Shown here: positions 11,285-23,100 of the stretch, one piece after another
Numbering within the stretch: the stretch's first letter is position 1
Layout of the letters: every line of letters begins with the position of its first letter
Assembly (NCBI RefSeq): GCF_902459465.1
Contig: NC_047064.1
Span: 11,904,001 to 11,968,000 of the forward strand
Direction: 5' to 3'
Length of the DNA stretch: 64,000 nt
Source of the DNA: Asterias rubens
Taxonomy: Eukaryota
Made by a program: the position numbers and the translations under genes
Notes under the pieces: generated by a model
Databases searched by the model: none
The model's input: the letters and a program-made list of their open reading frames with translations, nothing else
What the model was told of the DNA's origin: nothing

Positions 11285-13215
11285 TCTATTCTTCATTTTC
11301 ATTTTCTTTTTTATTTGTTTTTTATACCAGATAATTTGTTTACTTACTCCTGTTATAACTGAACGAGTAGGGTTGAACTACTTGTTGTTTTTGGTTCATT
11401 TTAAATGCTCCATCTGATTGTTGTTGGGTTTTTTTAGTGGTTATATTTTATATGTTTTTATTTAAATGCAAAATAAAGCAAATCTGCTTTATACTACCAA
11501 AAGTTCTGTTTTTGTACATTGTACAGCAGTTTTCATAGCAATTTACGCAATCGGTTACTTCTATGTTTTTTAACTTGATTTTGCATTCGAAAAAATATTG
11601 GTTAATGGTAGGGAGGGAGAGGTTGAAGTGCTGGTTTTGTCTTTAATTTATTACAACTGTATGACATTTTTTTGTGTAAAAAAAGAGCAGATTTCATTCA
11701 TAAAGAGCAGATTTCATTCAGGCGCTGTCGTTACTTTTTAAATCTGATATTATAATTCGTAGTATTCTTATTTGATATGTGGTGCGTTTTGATAGAACTG
11801 CATTTATTAGGTGACCTGTGGTTCCATTTTGACTATTGCGCGAGTATATACTGTAATTTTCGGATTATAAACCGCGGTTTCTACGTTGATTTTGAAAAAA
11901 AAATTGAACTCATGCGGTTTATTCTCCGGGCGGCTTGTTTGCCGACGTATAAATATTTAAGAGACAAAACGGCATTTTAAAAAAAAAAATCGTTTGTAAA
12001 ATATTTTAAATAATGTTTTTTTCTTAAACGAGAACAAAAAACTGCCTGTGTGATGACACACACGCTACATCCGTCCGTTCGTCGTTGCAATATCTGTTGT
12101 GGATCCTTGTTGTGGGACTACAATAAAAGTGAGGGAGAAACACAGGCCAACCACTTTTCTTTAATTCCCTTATTGAAAGACCCATTTCAACCTTATTTCC
12201 CGTCTACTCCAATGTTTAATAAAAGTGAATCCCCTGTCCTTGTGATTACGCAAACAATAAGGTAGCGCATTTTATTTCATTACTACCGCTATACAATAAA
12301 AGTGAGGGAAAAACTTTAGCCGTCCTCATTATTATTCCTTTTATATTGTAAAAAGGAATTTTGTTAGGAACTGTTTACATGTTTAAAAAATGTTACGATA
12401 TACATTGTAAACAGAAACAACAGTCATAGCCAATACTCTCTTTTGTGTTGTGTAAGCCCTGAAACTGAAAGGACTGTTTGGTTTTGGTTTTGTCAATTTT
12501 TTAAATTGTATTGGATTTGTTCAGTATCACAATGATAAACGTATTTTTAGTTGTAACTCTCTTCAATATTTATCCAACACAAACAATAATGTGGTCCCGC
12601 AAAGGGGGTGCTGCCAGCTTACAAAAAGAATGCTATCCTATAATAGATCATTTCAATTACGATCAATAGTGTAAACTTCAATACATTTCCACTTTAATTA
12701 CGACGCAACTCCCACATTGTGGCAACTATACAAAACTGACTGATGTACCGCCCGCCTGTCACTGCACATCGCCACAAAGAGGACCGCAAACAAGCACTGC
12801 CCCTTTGTGTGTACACATGCTTTGATTGGCCGTTTGATGATTGGCCGTTGATAGTTCCATTCATACAATCTTGGCTAGACTTCGGAGGATCGAGTAGAGT
12901 GGCTGCCAGCGCAGTCTAATCAAACGTGAACAACTTTTGTCAACAGAGGGCGATGGGATGCAGGGCAAAGTTCAACTATTTCTCGATGTGCGTTGTCGAC
13001 CGATCTTTGATTCACAGAGATTTTGTTGCCAAAGAAGTTCACAAAACATGGTCAACACAACCGATCATCAAATCGCAAATTCTTGAAAAGGGTTGTTCAT
13101 GGAAAAAAAAGTAAAATTCAGGACTGATAGTGTGAGATAAAAAATCACCGGTAACGCGGCAGGTTTGCGTACTTCACTTCCGTGTTTTAAGGTTATTTTT
13201 TTCATGTTTTTATTT

Positions 13216-14320
13216 TATATTGGTCGTGGTTTATACAACATCCTTCTCTCTCGGCTCAAGAATCACCTTGGCATAGAGGACACGGGCCTAGCATGGTGTA
13301 AATCGTATCTCTACAAGTATCTCTACAATAGAACTCATCATGTATTTAATTGGCACCGCGATATCCGACCCTGTTGTTTTAAACTCCTCTGTGCCACAGG
13401 GGTCCGTACTCGGCCCACAGTGGTTTACGCTGTACACTTTACCGATTCATGACATCATCCTGAAATTTAATTTGATTTACCATGTGTGCAGACGACACTC
13501 GGCTATACATCAGGTTTAAATCTTCTCAAGAAACGCCAATGCATCCATTGCAAGACTTGAGAAATGCATCCAAGAGATTCGACGTTGGACAAAACAAAAC
13601 TTCCTGAAGTTAAATGATGATAAGACAGAGTTCCTTCTATTTGGGTCACGTCAACAGTTAACAAAGGTTTCAGTGCCATACATTTCCATCGGTGATGCTC
13701 GGATAGCTCCCTCGCTGAAAGCTCAGAACTTAGGGGTTATTTTTTATTCATCGATGACACTTCAACCACACATCAAAAACATTGTTCGTCTATCATCACA
13801 TTCACATCAGGAATATAGGTAAGATTCGCAAGTACTTGGACCAAAGTGCCACTGAAAAGGTCATTCATGCATTTGTTACTTCTCGTCTTGACAACGGCAA
13901 TGCTCTTCTCTACAGCCTTCCTAACAACCAGATTTCTCGACTTCAACGGCTCCAAAATACTGCTACCCGCATTGTGACACTGTCTAGAAAATCCTGTTCT
14001 GTCACCCCATTCTGAAACAACTACCTACACTGGCTCCCTATCTCTCAATGAATCATCTTCAAGCTGATGCTCATTGTCCACAAAGCTCTTTATGGCAAGG
14101 CTCCCACCTATATTTCTGAACTGCTTCATGTTTACACTCCATCAAGGAATCTTCGATCAAGTTCCATGCTTCTCCTGATTTAAACCCAAGTTTCGACACT
14201 CATGGGGTGGCATGTCTTTTCTTCAGCTGCGCCACGCATCTGGAACTCTCTACCATTTAATCTTCGATCTTGTCTTTTTTTCACAAAATTCAAATCTCTT
14301 CTCAAAACTCTCTTCTCAAA
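13216..14320 (+). mobile_element. 5'-truncated, degenerate L2-type LINE (RT and 3' part)
   Basis: GTGCCACAGGGGTCCGTACTCGGCCC (VPQGSVLGP), ADDT, LKLNDDKTEFLLFGS, HAFVTSRLDNGNALLY, FSSAAPRIWNSLP. Confidence 0.85.
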
Positions 14321-14329
14321 TTCTCCCTC

Positions 14330-15190
14330 TGAACCAGCTGGTCTATTCTACCAATTCGGGATGAACCGTTTACGGCATGAATATCTGCCTAGGTTCAATC
14401 TCAGCCACCACAGATGTGAATGGCATCTTTGCTGGCTATGGTTAGACCCTCTCTGCAAGCTCCACTTGGGTCAATAAATGGTTCTCCAAGTAAAGCATAT
14501 GAAAACCAGCCAGCGTCAGCTCTGCCAGGCGAACTGCGAACAGCGTGAAAAGCGTCTCGGGTTCATCAAAGGCCGCCACAGATGCAAAAGTCATCTCTTT
14601 GGCAATACCCATTCTACTACCTTCTCAGGAAGAATCGTTTACGGCATGAATATCCGCCCAGATTCAATCTCAGCCACCACAGATGCGAATGGCATCTCCG
14701 CTTGCTATGGGTAGATCCTCTCTGCAAGCCTTGAGTACATCAAAGATGATACGAAAGGCATCAAAGGCTCAGAACCATGTGCCAGACGCTAACCAGGTTC
14801 CACTTCGAGCTCACCAAACAAGGAGCATGACTACATCTTTAGCTCTCTTTCAGGGGGCGACCATTCCAGAGATTGTGCAGGATGCCTGCTGGGAAAATCT
14901 CTTAACATGCACATCCCGCTTCCTGCGTAATGTGCTGCAGTCAGATGGTCGCATGGACAGACAAGTTCTACACAGTCAACAGCCCAGAGACACAGTAAGT
15001 GTACCGTCTTGACCTCTTAAGAGCACCTCAAGCACAGCATACTGGTATGTCTTAACATCTCCTGTTTTTCATTTGTTTCCGGCATAATGAGTTAAGACTT
15101 GTACTCTCTGGGCACTACACTGCATGTCCTGTTACCTCCCTATATTGCCGCTTAACGGTGCTACTCTGCATTTGTAGGTATCGGAGGTTA
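14330..15190 (+). mobile_element. Highly degenerate DIRS remnant (YR C-terminus)
   Basis: ORF 14683-15012 AHQTRSMTTSLALFQGATIPEIVQDACWENLLTCTSRFLRNVLQSDG aligns to the YR C-termini of both DIRS elements. Contains an internal ~95-bp direct repeat (~14367 and ~14637). Confidence 0.75.
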
Positions 15191-15534
15191 CGTATTTTCT
15201 GTAATTTCTGAAAATCCACGAGGATTTTCTATTCTATATGAGAAAATACACTGTGTCCAGTGTCTTTAAAGTGCGAAAAGTAAAACTTAAAAATTACACA
15301 AACAAAAAGAATAAATAAATGGATCATTCCTGCAATGGCTAAAAAGGAATATAAACAAGGCACTTAAATAGGAAACCAGGTGTTACTGATTATATAGGGA
15401 AGCTGTATTTGTGTGTGCATACAGGGTATTTGTTGTAAGTCTTACTTAAAGGGATCTACAATACAATATATACTGAAATGTAATGATTATTAATTAGGGA
15501 TTAACAGACTTCACTGGGTGGTATTATGACCGGG

Positions 15535-15598
15535 TTGGTGGCTGGCCCTGTTAAGGGACCGAGCCAGAGGCGAGGTCTGTTAACAGCGCCAGCCACCA
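15535..15598. repeat. Imperfect hairpin repeat; one arm recurs at 17703-17728
   Basis: TTGGTGGCTGGCCCTGTTAAGGGACC...GGTCTGTTAACAGCGCCAGCCACCAA. Confidence 0.6.
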
Positions 15599-16159
15599 AC
15601 CAAGGTCAATATTCCCATTAATAAATACCTTTTTTAAACAAAATTAACGGGGGTTACGTATTTTACGTAATTATCAAGTCAATGCGTTAGGTTATACAAC
15701 AGTCCATATATATCTTTCGTACCGAACGAGTTTTACTCTCCCACACTCCTCCAAAGTGAGATCCTGTAGGAGTGTTGAATTCCCACTTGATACCTTTATT
15801 ACACAGGGTATCTCTTATAGATAGATAGATAGATACATGTAGATAGATATAAACGTTTATTCAATGTTGCAAATAGTGTATAATACAGAGTAATATGGAC
15901 AAAATTACTGTAAATATAAAATATATTAAAAGGTGAAACTTTAAACAAAAGGCAACATCTAGGTCCGGGGAGAAGCACAGCTTTTGTTCCCCAGCCTATG
16001 AACAGACAGACCAAAAAACCAGACAGACATTAAAAATACAGGACAAAACTAACAGGACAAAACTAACAGGTGTAAGACAGAAAATAAAGCCATTACAATT
16101 TCTACATACAAAAATAACATCAGAATCTTAATAACAGATGTTATCGGGGATAAAGAATA

Positions 16160-16375
16160 TTAACTTTGGTTTTTACCCATACACCGATGTGTGTTAGCAC
16201 TGTATACTCAGTACTTTCCCGAGTCCTGTGAAAAAATATCACAGACATGTTACTCGGGTGGGATTCGAACCCATGACCCTTGCAATTCTAGAGCAGTGTC
16301 TTACCAACTAGACTACCGAGGTTGCCCGGTAGCTAGAGGCAGTTCGAATTCTATGTTTTCGCAGCGGGTACCGCA
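16160..16375 (-). mobile_element. tRNA-derived SINE-like repeat; degraded relative at ~23180-23280
   Basis: Minus strand has A-box-like AGTCTAGTTGGTAA and B box GGTTCGAATCC, followed by a non-tRNA body. Confidence 0.6.
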
Positions 16376-16389
16376 TTGATAATAAGAGA

Positions 16390-16540
16390 TGTTAAATTTG
16401 CAAAACAATACCAAGCCATTACTCTTCTAAGTCGGTTCCAGCTGGAGTATTTATTCAGCAACCTGTCTATTATCGGGGATGATTCATCAACGATGGCATC
16501 TCCACAAGACTGCTTTGACTTCTGGGTCATCCGCATCAAC
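16390..16540 (-). mobile_element. Small BEL/Pao-like pol fragment
   Basis: Peptide IDRLLNKYSSWNRLRRVMAW resembles the BEL/Pao (F/Y)SSWxRLxRVxAW motif. Confidence 0.45.
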
Positions 16541-17162
16541 TTGAAAGCAGCTCCATACACTTTTGAATTACAAAGCACTTCCGTCTTTGACCCGTTTCGA
16601 CGTCACGTGACATGTGATGACATCATCATGCTGCCATTTTAATATGCTGACCATTACATCAATACCTTTCATATCCCTGAAAGTTTCATTGTAATCGCTT
16701 ATTTGGAACATTGCAAAACAGCGCTTACGAATTTCAGTTCTGAAAAATACAGATAAATACAATTGAAAATTAAGACTTAAACAAAAACAAGAGCTGTTTG
16801 CTTTGCTGCGCTACTAAACAGCTAATAATAATAGTAGTACTGTCTTTTTTAAAGCTTGCATATCCATCACTCAGTGATGCTCAAGGCACTTTAACATTTA
16901 GTCCGTTCCTGCAAGGTACGTGAGACTTTGTTTATGAGACCGACTCCTTTTGCATTGCCCCAAGTAATGGTTTACAATCCACTGTGGTGCTATATGTTGC
17001 CAATCAAACTCTGCTGATCAGAAACACCTGAGTTTGAATTTGGTGCTTTTAACCGCTAGACCATCACATGCAACTTGCATATTATGTCTCTGAACTTGGG
17101 TTCCCTTTTATTTTTATATTAAAATCATATATTGAAAAACAATCTGATTTCTTTTTGTTAAG

Positions 17163-20100
17163 GAATGGGCAAGGTCTTCAGGTCCCTGAGTCTTCTTTTC
17201 CACACTCTGCCAACAGTGGTGATGGTGGTGATGAATATACAAGCTCTGAAGCTTCTGAGCTTGACACACTGGGAACGGTTAGTCTAAAACTTAAATTAAT
17301 CTTTTATCATCTTACATTTTTATATTGAAACAATATTGGCAAAAAGGTAGATTCAACTCTTGAAAACAACTTGTACTTTTTATTAATAATTTCTTGGAGG
17401 TAATATTTCTATGGAGTGTGCTGTAGTTTTTTTCTTCTTAAAAACATATTTTTTCTTAGAAAAGATGATATGTTTAATTTTTATTTATTTTTGTCTGTTA
17501 TCAGATTCCAACATGGATTAAAAAAGAGTTAAGAGATTCTGCAGCTGTTACAGAGGAGAATGATGCAGATGACAGTGATGATGGGGGGAATACAGAAGAA
17601 CATGTTGAAAATGACTTCACTTTAGCCAGTATCAAAATCAACAAAGATCTGAAGTTGTTTAATGGTATGAAAATTTGTTAATTAAGGAATAACAGTACAG
17701 GATTGGTGGCTGGCGCTGTTAACAGACCAAAACTCTTAGCTATTTGCCTGCCAGCTTAGGGAACAATGCAATTGTAGTATTCACTCTACAGATAAGTATT
17801 CGCTCGTAGACCCACCCACACTTCTTTGGGGTGGGGGTTTGTTTCAGGCTCAAACATGACATCTGGGTTTTAAAGAACCAAACTCAAACTTAAATCTTAT
17901 ATCTTTTTTTTTTAAACAAAAATCGATCCCTGTCACTGGTTCCAGTTGAATGAGCTGAAACAAATTAAAATCTTAAATGGCTATAGCTCCTCATTGCAAT
18001 GATGTTCTGACTTGAAACTGAAATCAAATATTGCTTCTTAAATATAGATTCAAATAAAAAGATAAAACTCAAAGAGTGCATCACTGGTTCCAGTAAAATG
18101 AGCTAAACAATGAGAACCTTAAATGGTCTTAACTTCTTATTGCAATGTCAATCTATGGTTAGACCTAGACAAAATTGCAACAGAAATGATTTTATTAGCA
18201 ACTGTCTCCTGAAACCCTCTAAAAAAACATATCCAAAAAGAAGAAAAAAATGCATAATATGCATAGTTTGCATACATTAAAAATTAACATTTCCCCCTGC
18301 CTTTGCACACCCTATACAAAATGGGAGTTTTTTTTCACATAATTTGTTTTCATGGGAATGGTCACTGCATTGTTTCTTAACATTATGAGTACAAAGAAAT
18401 TCAAGATGGCTTTAAATAGGGTAATAATCTGAGTTAATCAAACCACTATGCCGATGTACATGCTTTAGACTCTGTGGTAGGTTTAAATGTGATTGTTCAA
18501 TGTTTATAAGTGACATTGTTTTTAAGTCCCATGACAGTCTTTCAGTATTTATCACTAAAGTATTCCCATTTTAAAAACTATATTTGTGACAATGGTATAT
18601 TCAAATAAACAACTATCAACTTTATTACACTTATACATAGGAGACATTCAAAAGCAACTCTAACTTGCATGCAGTGTTTAACTGGAAAAGTTGCATGACC
18701 CCCAAATATTGGTTTGCAACGGATTTTGATGTAACACTACATGGTTTTAATAGTTTTGAGAACTAAAAGGGGGCAAAGAACATTAGAGCTCCTTGCTAAG
18801 CTGTCAGTGGCTACATGTACCTGAGGCGAATTCCTACAGTTTATTCCCTTGCATTCGCCACACACACTACTGAGCATTCCAAGCCCAGCTTCTTGCAGGT
18901 ACATCTCCGGGTATCACAGTATGTTTTGCATTTGCATCGGATCACCTTCACTATTAGATTGTATAGTTATCTTACATTTATGTTAACTGGCGATAAGACG
19001 GTTTTGGCGGGAAAATGGCGGCCATCTTGAAAAATTGCCATCATCTTGGATCTGTGGTTGCTCATAAGTGGTTGGAAAACATTTGGACCATTGCCATGAA
19101 AAAAATCATGTGAACAAAATAAAATTTCTCCTTTGTATAGGGTGTGCATAAGTATTTTAGGGGGAACACGGTAATTTTTGAATTTATGCAAATTATGCAT
19201 ATTTCCCCTGCTTACTTTTTTTCTACTTTTTTGATATGTTGTTTTAGAGAGTTTCAGGAGACACTTGCAAAAATCATTTTGTGTTGCTATTTTGTCTAGG
19301 TCAAGCCATGATTGACTAGACTATGACTTAAAAGTAAGGATACTCATACGAAAAGATAAAATTAAAAGAGTTTGCAACGGATTTTGATGTAACACTACAT
19401 GGTTTTAATAGTTTTGAGAGCTGCTGCTTCAATTCTAGCTCACCAAACAACTAGTATTAAATGAGGGATTCTGCCTGGTCCTGCAGTTCAACCAGATTTA
19501 CCAGGTGAACTGTTGACGGGAGCACTTCATAGCCCCCTAGGTTCACACTCAGCCATACCACAGGTGCACCTAGTACCGAACTCTGGTACGGATTACACCC
19601 CCTCATCCAGCTGCTGATTCAATTCTAGCTCACCAAACAACTAGTATGAAATGAGGGCTTCTGCCTGGTCCTGCAGTTCAACCAGATTTACAAGGTGAGC
19701 CGTTGGCGGGAGCACTTCATAGCCCCGTAGGTTCACACTCAGCCATACCACAGGTGCACCTAGTACCTAACTCTGGTACGAATTACACCCCCTCATCCAG
19801 CTGCTGCTTCAATCCTAGCTCACCAAACAACTACATGTAGTATGAAATGGGGGCTTTTGCCTGGTGCTGCAGTTCAACCAGATTTACCAGGTGAACTGTT
19901 GGCAGGAGCACTTCATAGCCCCCTAGGTTCACACTAGGGAAACATGCAGCAGGCAAGGAGTTCCAAAGAGATGCATTACCAGGGAAAAAGCTACTGGAGT
20001 AGCTCTTTGTTCTACATCTCGGCACAGCCACAGTATAGGGATGAGAACAAGCAGAAAGCCTGGTCTCACGCTCAAACACCCTGGAAGGAGGAACAAGGTT

Positions 20101-23100
20101 GGATAGACTGGGGGAACATTTACTATGGAAATATCTGTTAAGCAGACAGAGGCTGGCTACAGACCTTCGGTGAGAAAGGGGTTATAGTGTAGATCTTAAC
20201 TCTTCTCAAACCAGGTTAACAATGCGCTTCTGCACTTGATCTATTAAAGATAAAAGGCAGGCAGAAACTCCAGCCCAAATATGGCAACAGTACTCCAGGA
20301 GGGGATGTATAGTTGTCTTGTACAGGTAGAGAGTAGCCTCAGGAGGTAAGAACTTCCGAGCTCGGTACAGACAACCTACTCGCATGGAAGCACTCTTGGC
20401 GATACCTGAGATATACACCTCCCAACCCGAATTACTGGAGATGTCCAAGCAAACGAAAGTGTGATACCTCGGGCAAAGTCGACGAACCCACATGAATGGA
20501 GGGAAATGTATCATCTCTAGAGTGAGAAAGGGGCAGTAGTTTAGTTTTCTTAGAATTGAAGGTTACGTCTTACGCGTCTTATCCGCAGGAAAATACGATA
20601 CCAGCGAGTTGTTTCCCCACTTCAGTGCATTGTCTAAATCATTGTTGAGTGAGGCACCCACCCCACCACGGGAAGTGCTAGAAGAGTTGGAGGAAACAGT
20701 AGAGAGTTGAATCATCAGCATACATGGCTAGCTGAGACAAGATTACATCAGGTAAATTGTTTATGTACAGAAGCAAGAGAGAAGGACCAAGGACTGAGCT
20801 CTAGGGAACACCTGAACTGATAGAATGAGTAAGAGAAGATTGACCCTCAAGCTTCAACTTGTGGTTGTAAAGGAAGGCAGAAATTATAGCTAACATTCTA
20901 CCCAACATGCACTTTCGCAAACCTTGGCCTGGGCTCCAGCTGCGTACACATTAGAAACGCAGCTATGCTTTTAACCTGAATTTTTAGAGCAGCGCGAATT
21001 GCACGCCAAAGTTGGAACATCAGCAGAACTTTTAGTTAGAAGTCGTGACAGTATTGTTAAGTTTCCGGAATGGTGCGTTTTCCTTTTAAGTTAACATTGT
21101 TAAGTTACCCTCACTCAAATCGGCCTGTTAACTTGACAGCCCGGTGGTGGTAAGTTACCACCCAGGTAAGTTACCGGCTGTTCACACTGGGACTTAATAT
21201 CGAAAGTTACCAAGTTGCAGCAGTTAACCATTGAAGTTGAATGCGAACACTGCTATATACCTGTTATATACCTAATTATCAACACCTAACTAAAAGCAAA
21301 GTCATCATTGCGATGATATAATTAACTGCCACATATACATTTTTACAATCTATTTACATCATTTGCTTAAAAAGTTACATTACAGAATTGGTAAGCAACA
21401 AAAATTGTCTATTGGGTCACAGATTTACATTAAACTTACACAATCGGTCTAATGATGACGAAAGTAGAAATAATCCCTTGAAAATATTTCTGTTTGAAAT
21501 GTCATATTTGATGAGAAATAAATAAAACTAATTTCCAGTTTATTGTTCAGTGAGCGTTTTATTCAATTTTTTGTTATCGATGTCATGCAAAATGTGTAAT
21601 TGGTTTTTCACACTATTTTCTCGTGACATGTAGATGGCCGATCGATCTCAAACTTTTTCTGGTTTGTCTGCAGTTTATGTGTATGGTGGATTATATAAAT
21701 TACTGACACTGCCAGCAACTTTTTTGTTAGCAAGAACCTATTTTGTAATGTTCCTTTAACATCTATGAAACTATAATTGATGTCTTCTGTTTTAGGAAAT
21801 AATCAAATCGAGAGGGAGAGTAAAGGACAAGTGGTTGTTAAAAGTAAACTTGGACAATCATCAGATCATCAGGTAAATTTTATTTTTAATTTCTAAATTT
21901 ACCAGTATGGGAGGTCCTTCGTATAATTGGGACAAGGCTGTGGTATACCTCAAGTGGCAGTTGGATAATACATGTACAATGTAATATAGCCTCACTGTTA
22001 TCACATCAATTTCATTCTAAATTTCACTACAATATTTAACAGGTACCTAAAGTAACTGGACACTATTGATAATTGTCAAATACCAGTCTTCACACTTAGT
22101 GTATCTCAACATATGCATCAAATAACAAACCTGTGAAAATTTGAGCTCAATTGGTCATCGAAGTTGCGAGATAATAATGAATGAAAAAACACACTTGTCA
22201 CACGAAGGTGTGTGCTTTCAGATGCTTGATTTCGAGACCACAAAAGTTAATTCTGAGGTCACGAAATCAAGTTCGTGGAAAATTACTTCTTTCTCGAAAA
22301 CTCCCTCACTTCAGAGGGAGCCGGTTCTCACAATGTTTTATACTATCAACCTCTCCCCATTACATGTTACCAAGTGAGGTTTTATGCTAATAATTAGTTT
22401 GATTAATTACCAATAGTGTCCACTGATTTTAAGCAAATTTGTTTTTGACAGAATGCTATTTGATTTTGTTACAACGTGTTTTTTACCATTTAACTTTAAT
22501 TTTGATATTTGTACACTTCTGAACTTTTCACAATTATCAAAAGAAAAAAATCTTAAAAAATCAGGCCCCAACCGAAAGGTTTTGAAAAACTAAAAACACT
22601 TCTGCCATTGACAGCGTGCGTCAAAATGACAATGACATCATGTTTGAGAGTTTGCTTTGTTATACCTCGACGCTGCAACAAAGTGGCTATACAAATTGGA
22701 GCTCCCAACTATGACGTAATGAGTTATGACTAAACAGAGCTTTTTGCGAATCTTTAAAAAAAAAGCTGGATCAGGGTATTTGAATTGTTTGTTTACACAA
22801 TTAAAATCTATTGATAGTCATATGACTCGATTTCCTTATTGATTGAAAACATTTCAGCAAAGATCACGATTTGCCATTTTCGTCTTTAAGGAAAGACCAA
22901 CCAAATGATCCAAAGCTCCTTACCATTGTTATTTCAAGCTTTTGTAACCATTAAACACGTTAAACTTCTGTCATTTATCTGGCGTGGCATGTTGTGTCCC
23001 AAAGGTATCATAGGCCAAATTTCATAGATTATGAAAGCACAAAAAGTTCTTAGCAAAACTTTTACTTAGCAAAAATAATTAAACAGCCAGAACACCGTAC

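Noticed and set aside
12820-13190. Promoter or first exon of the host gene (tandem GATTGGCCG, CACTTCCG)
   Set aside because: Short motifs alone are insufficient, and no clear first coding exon links to 17163.
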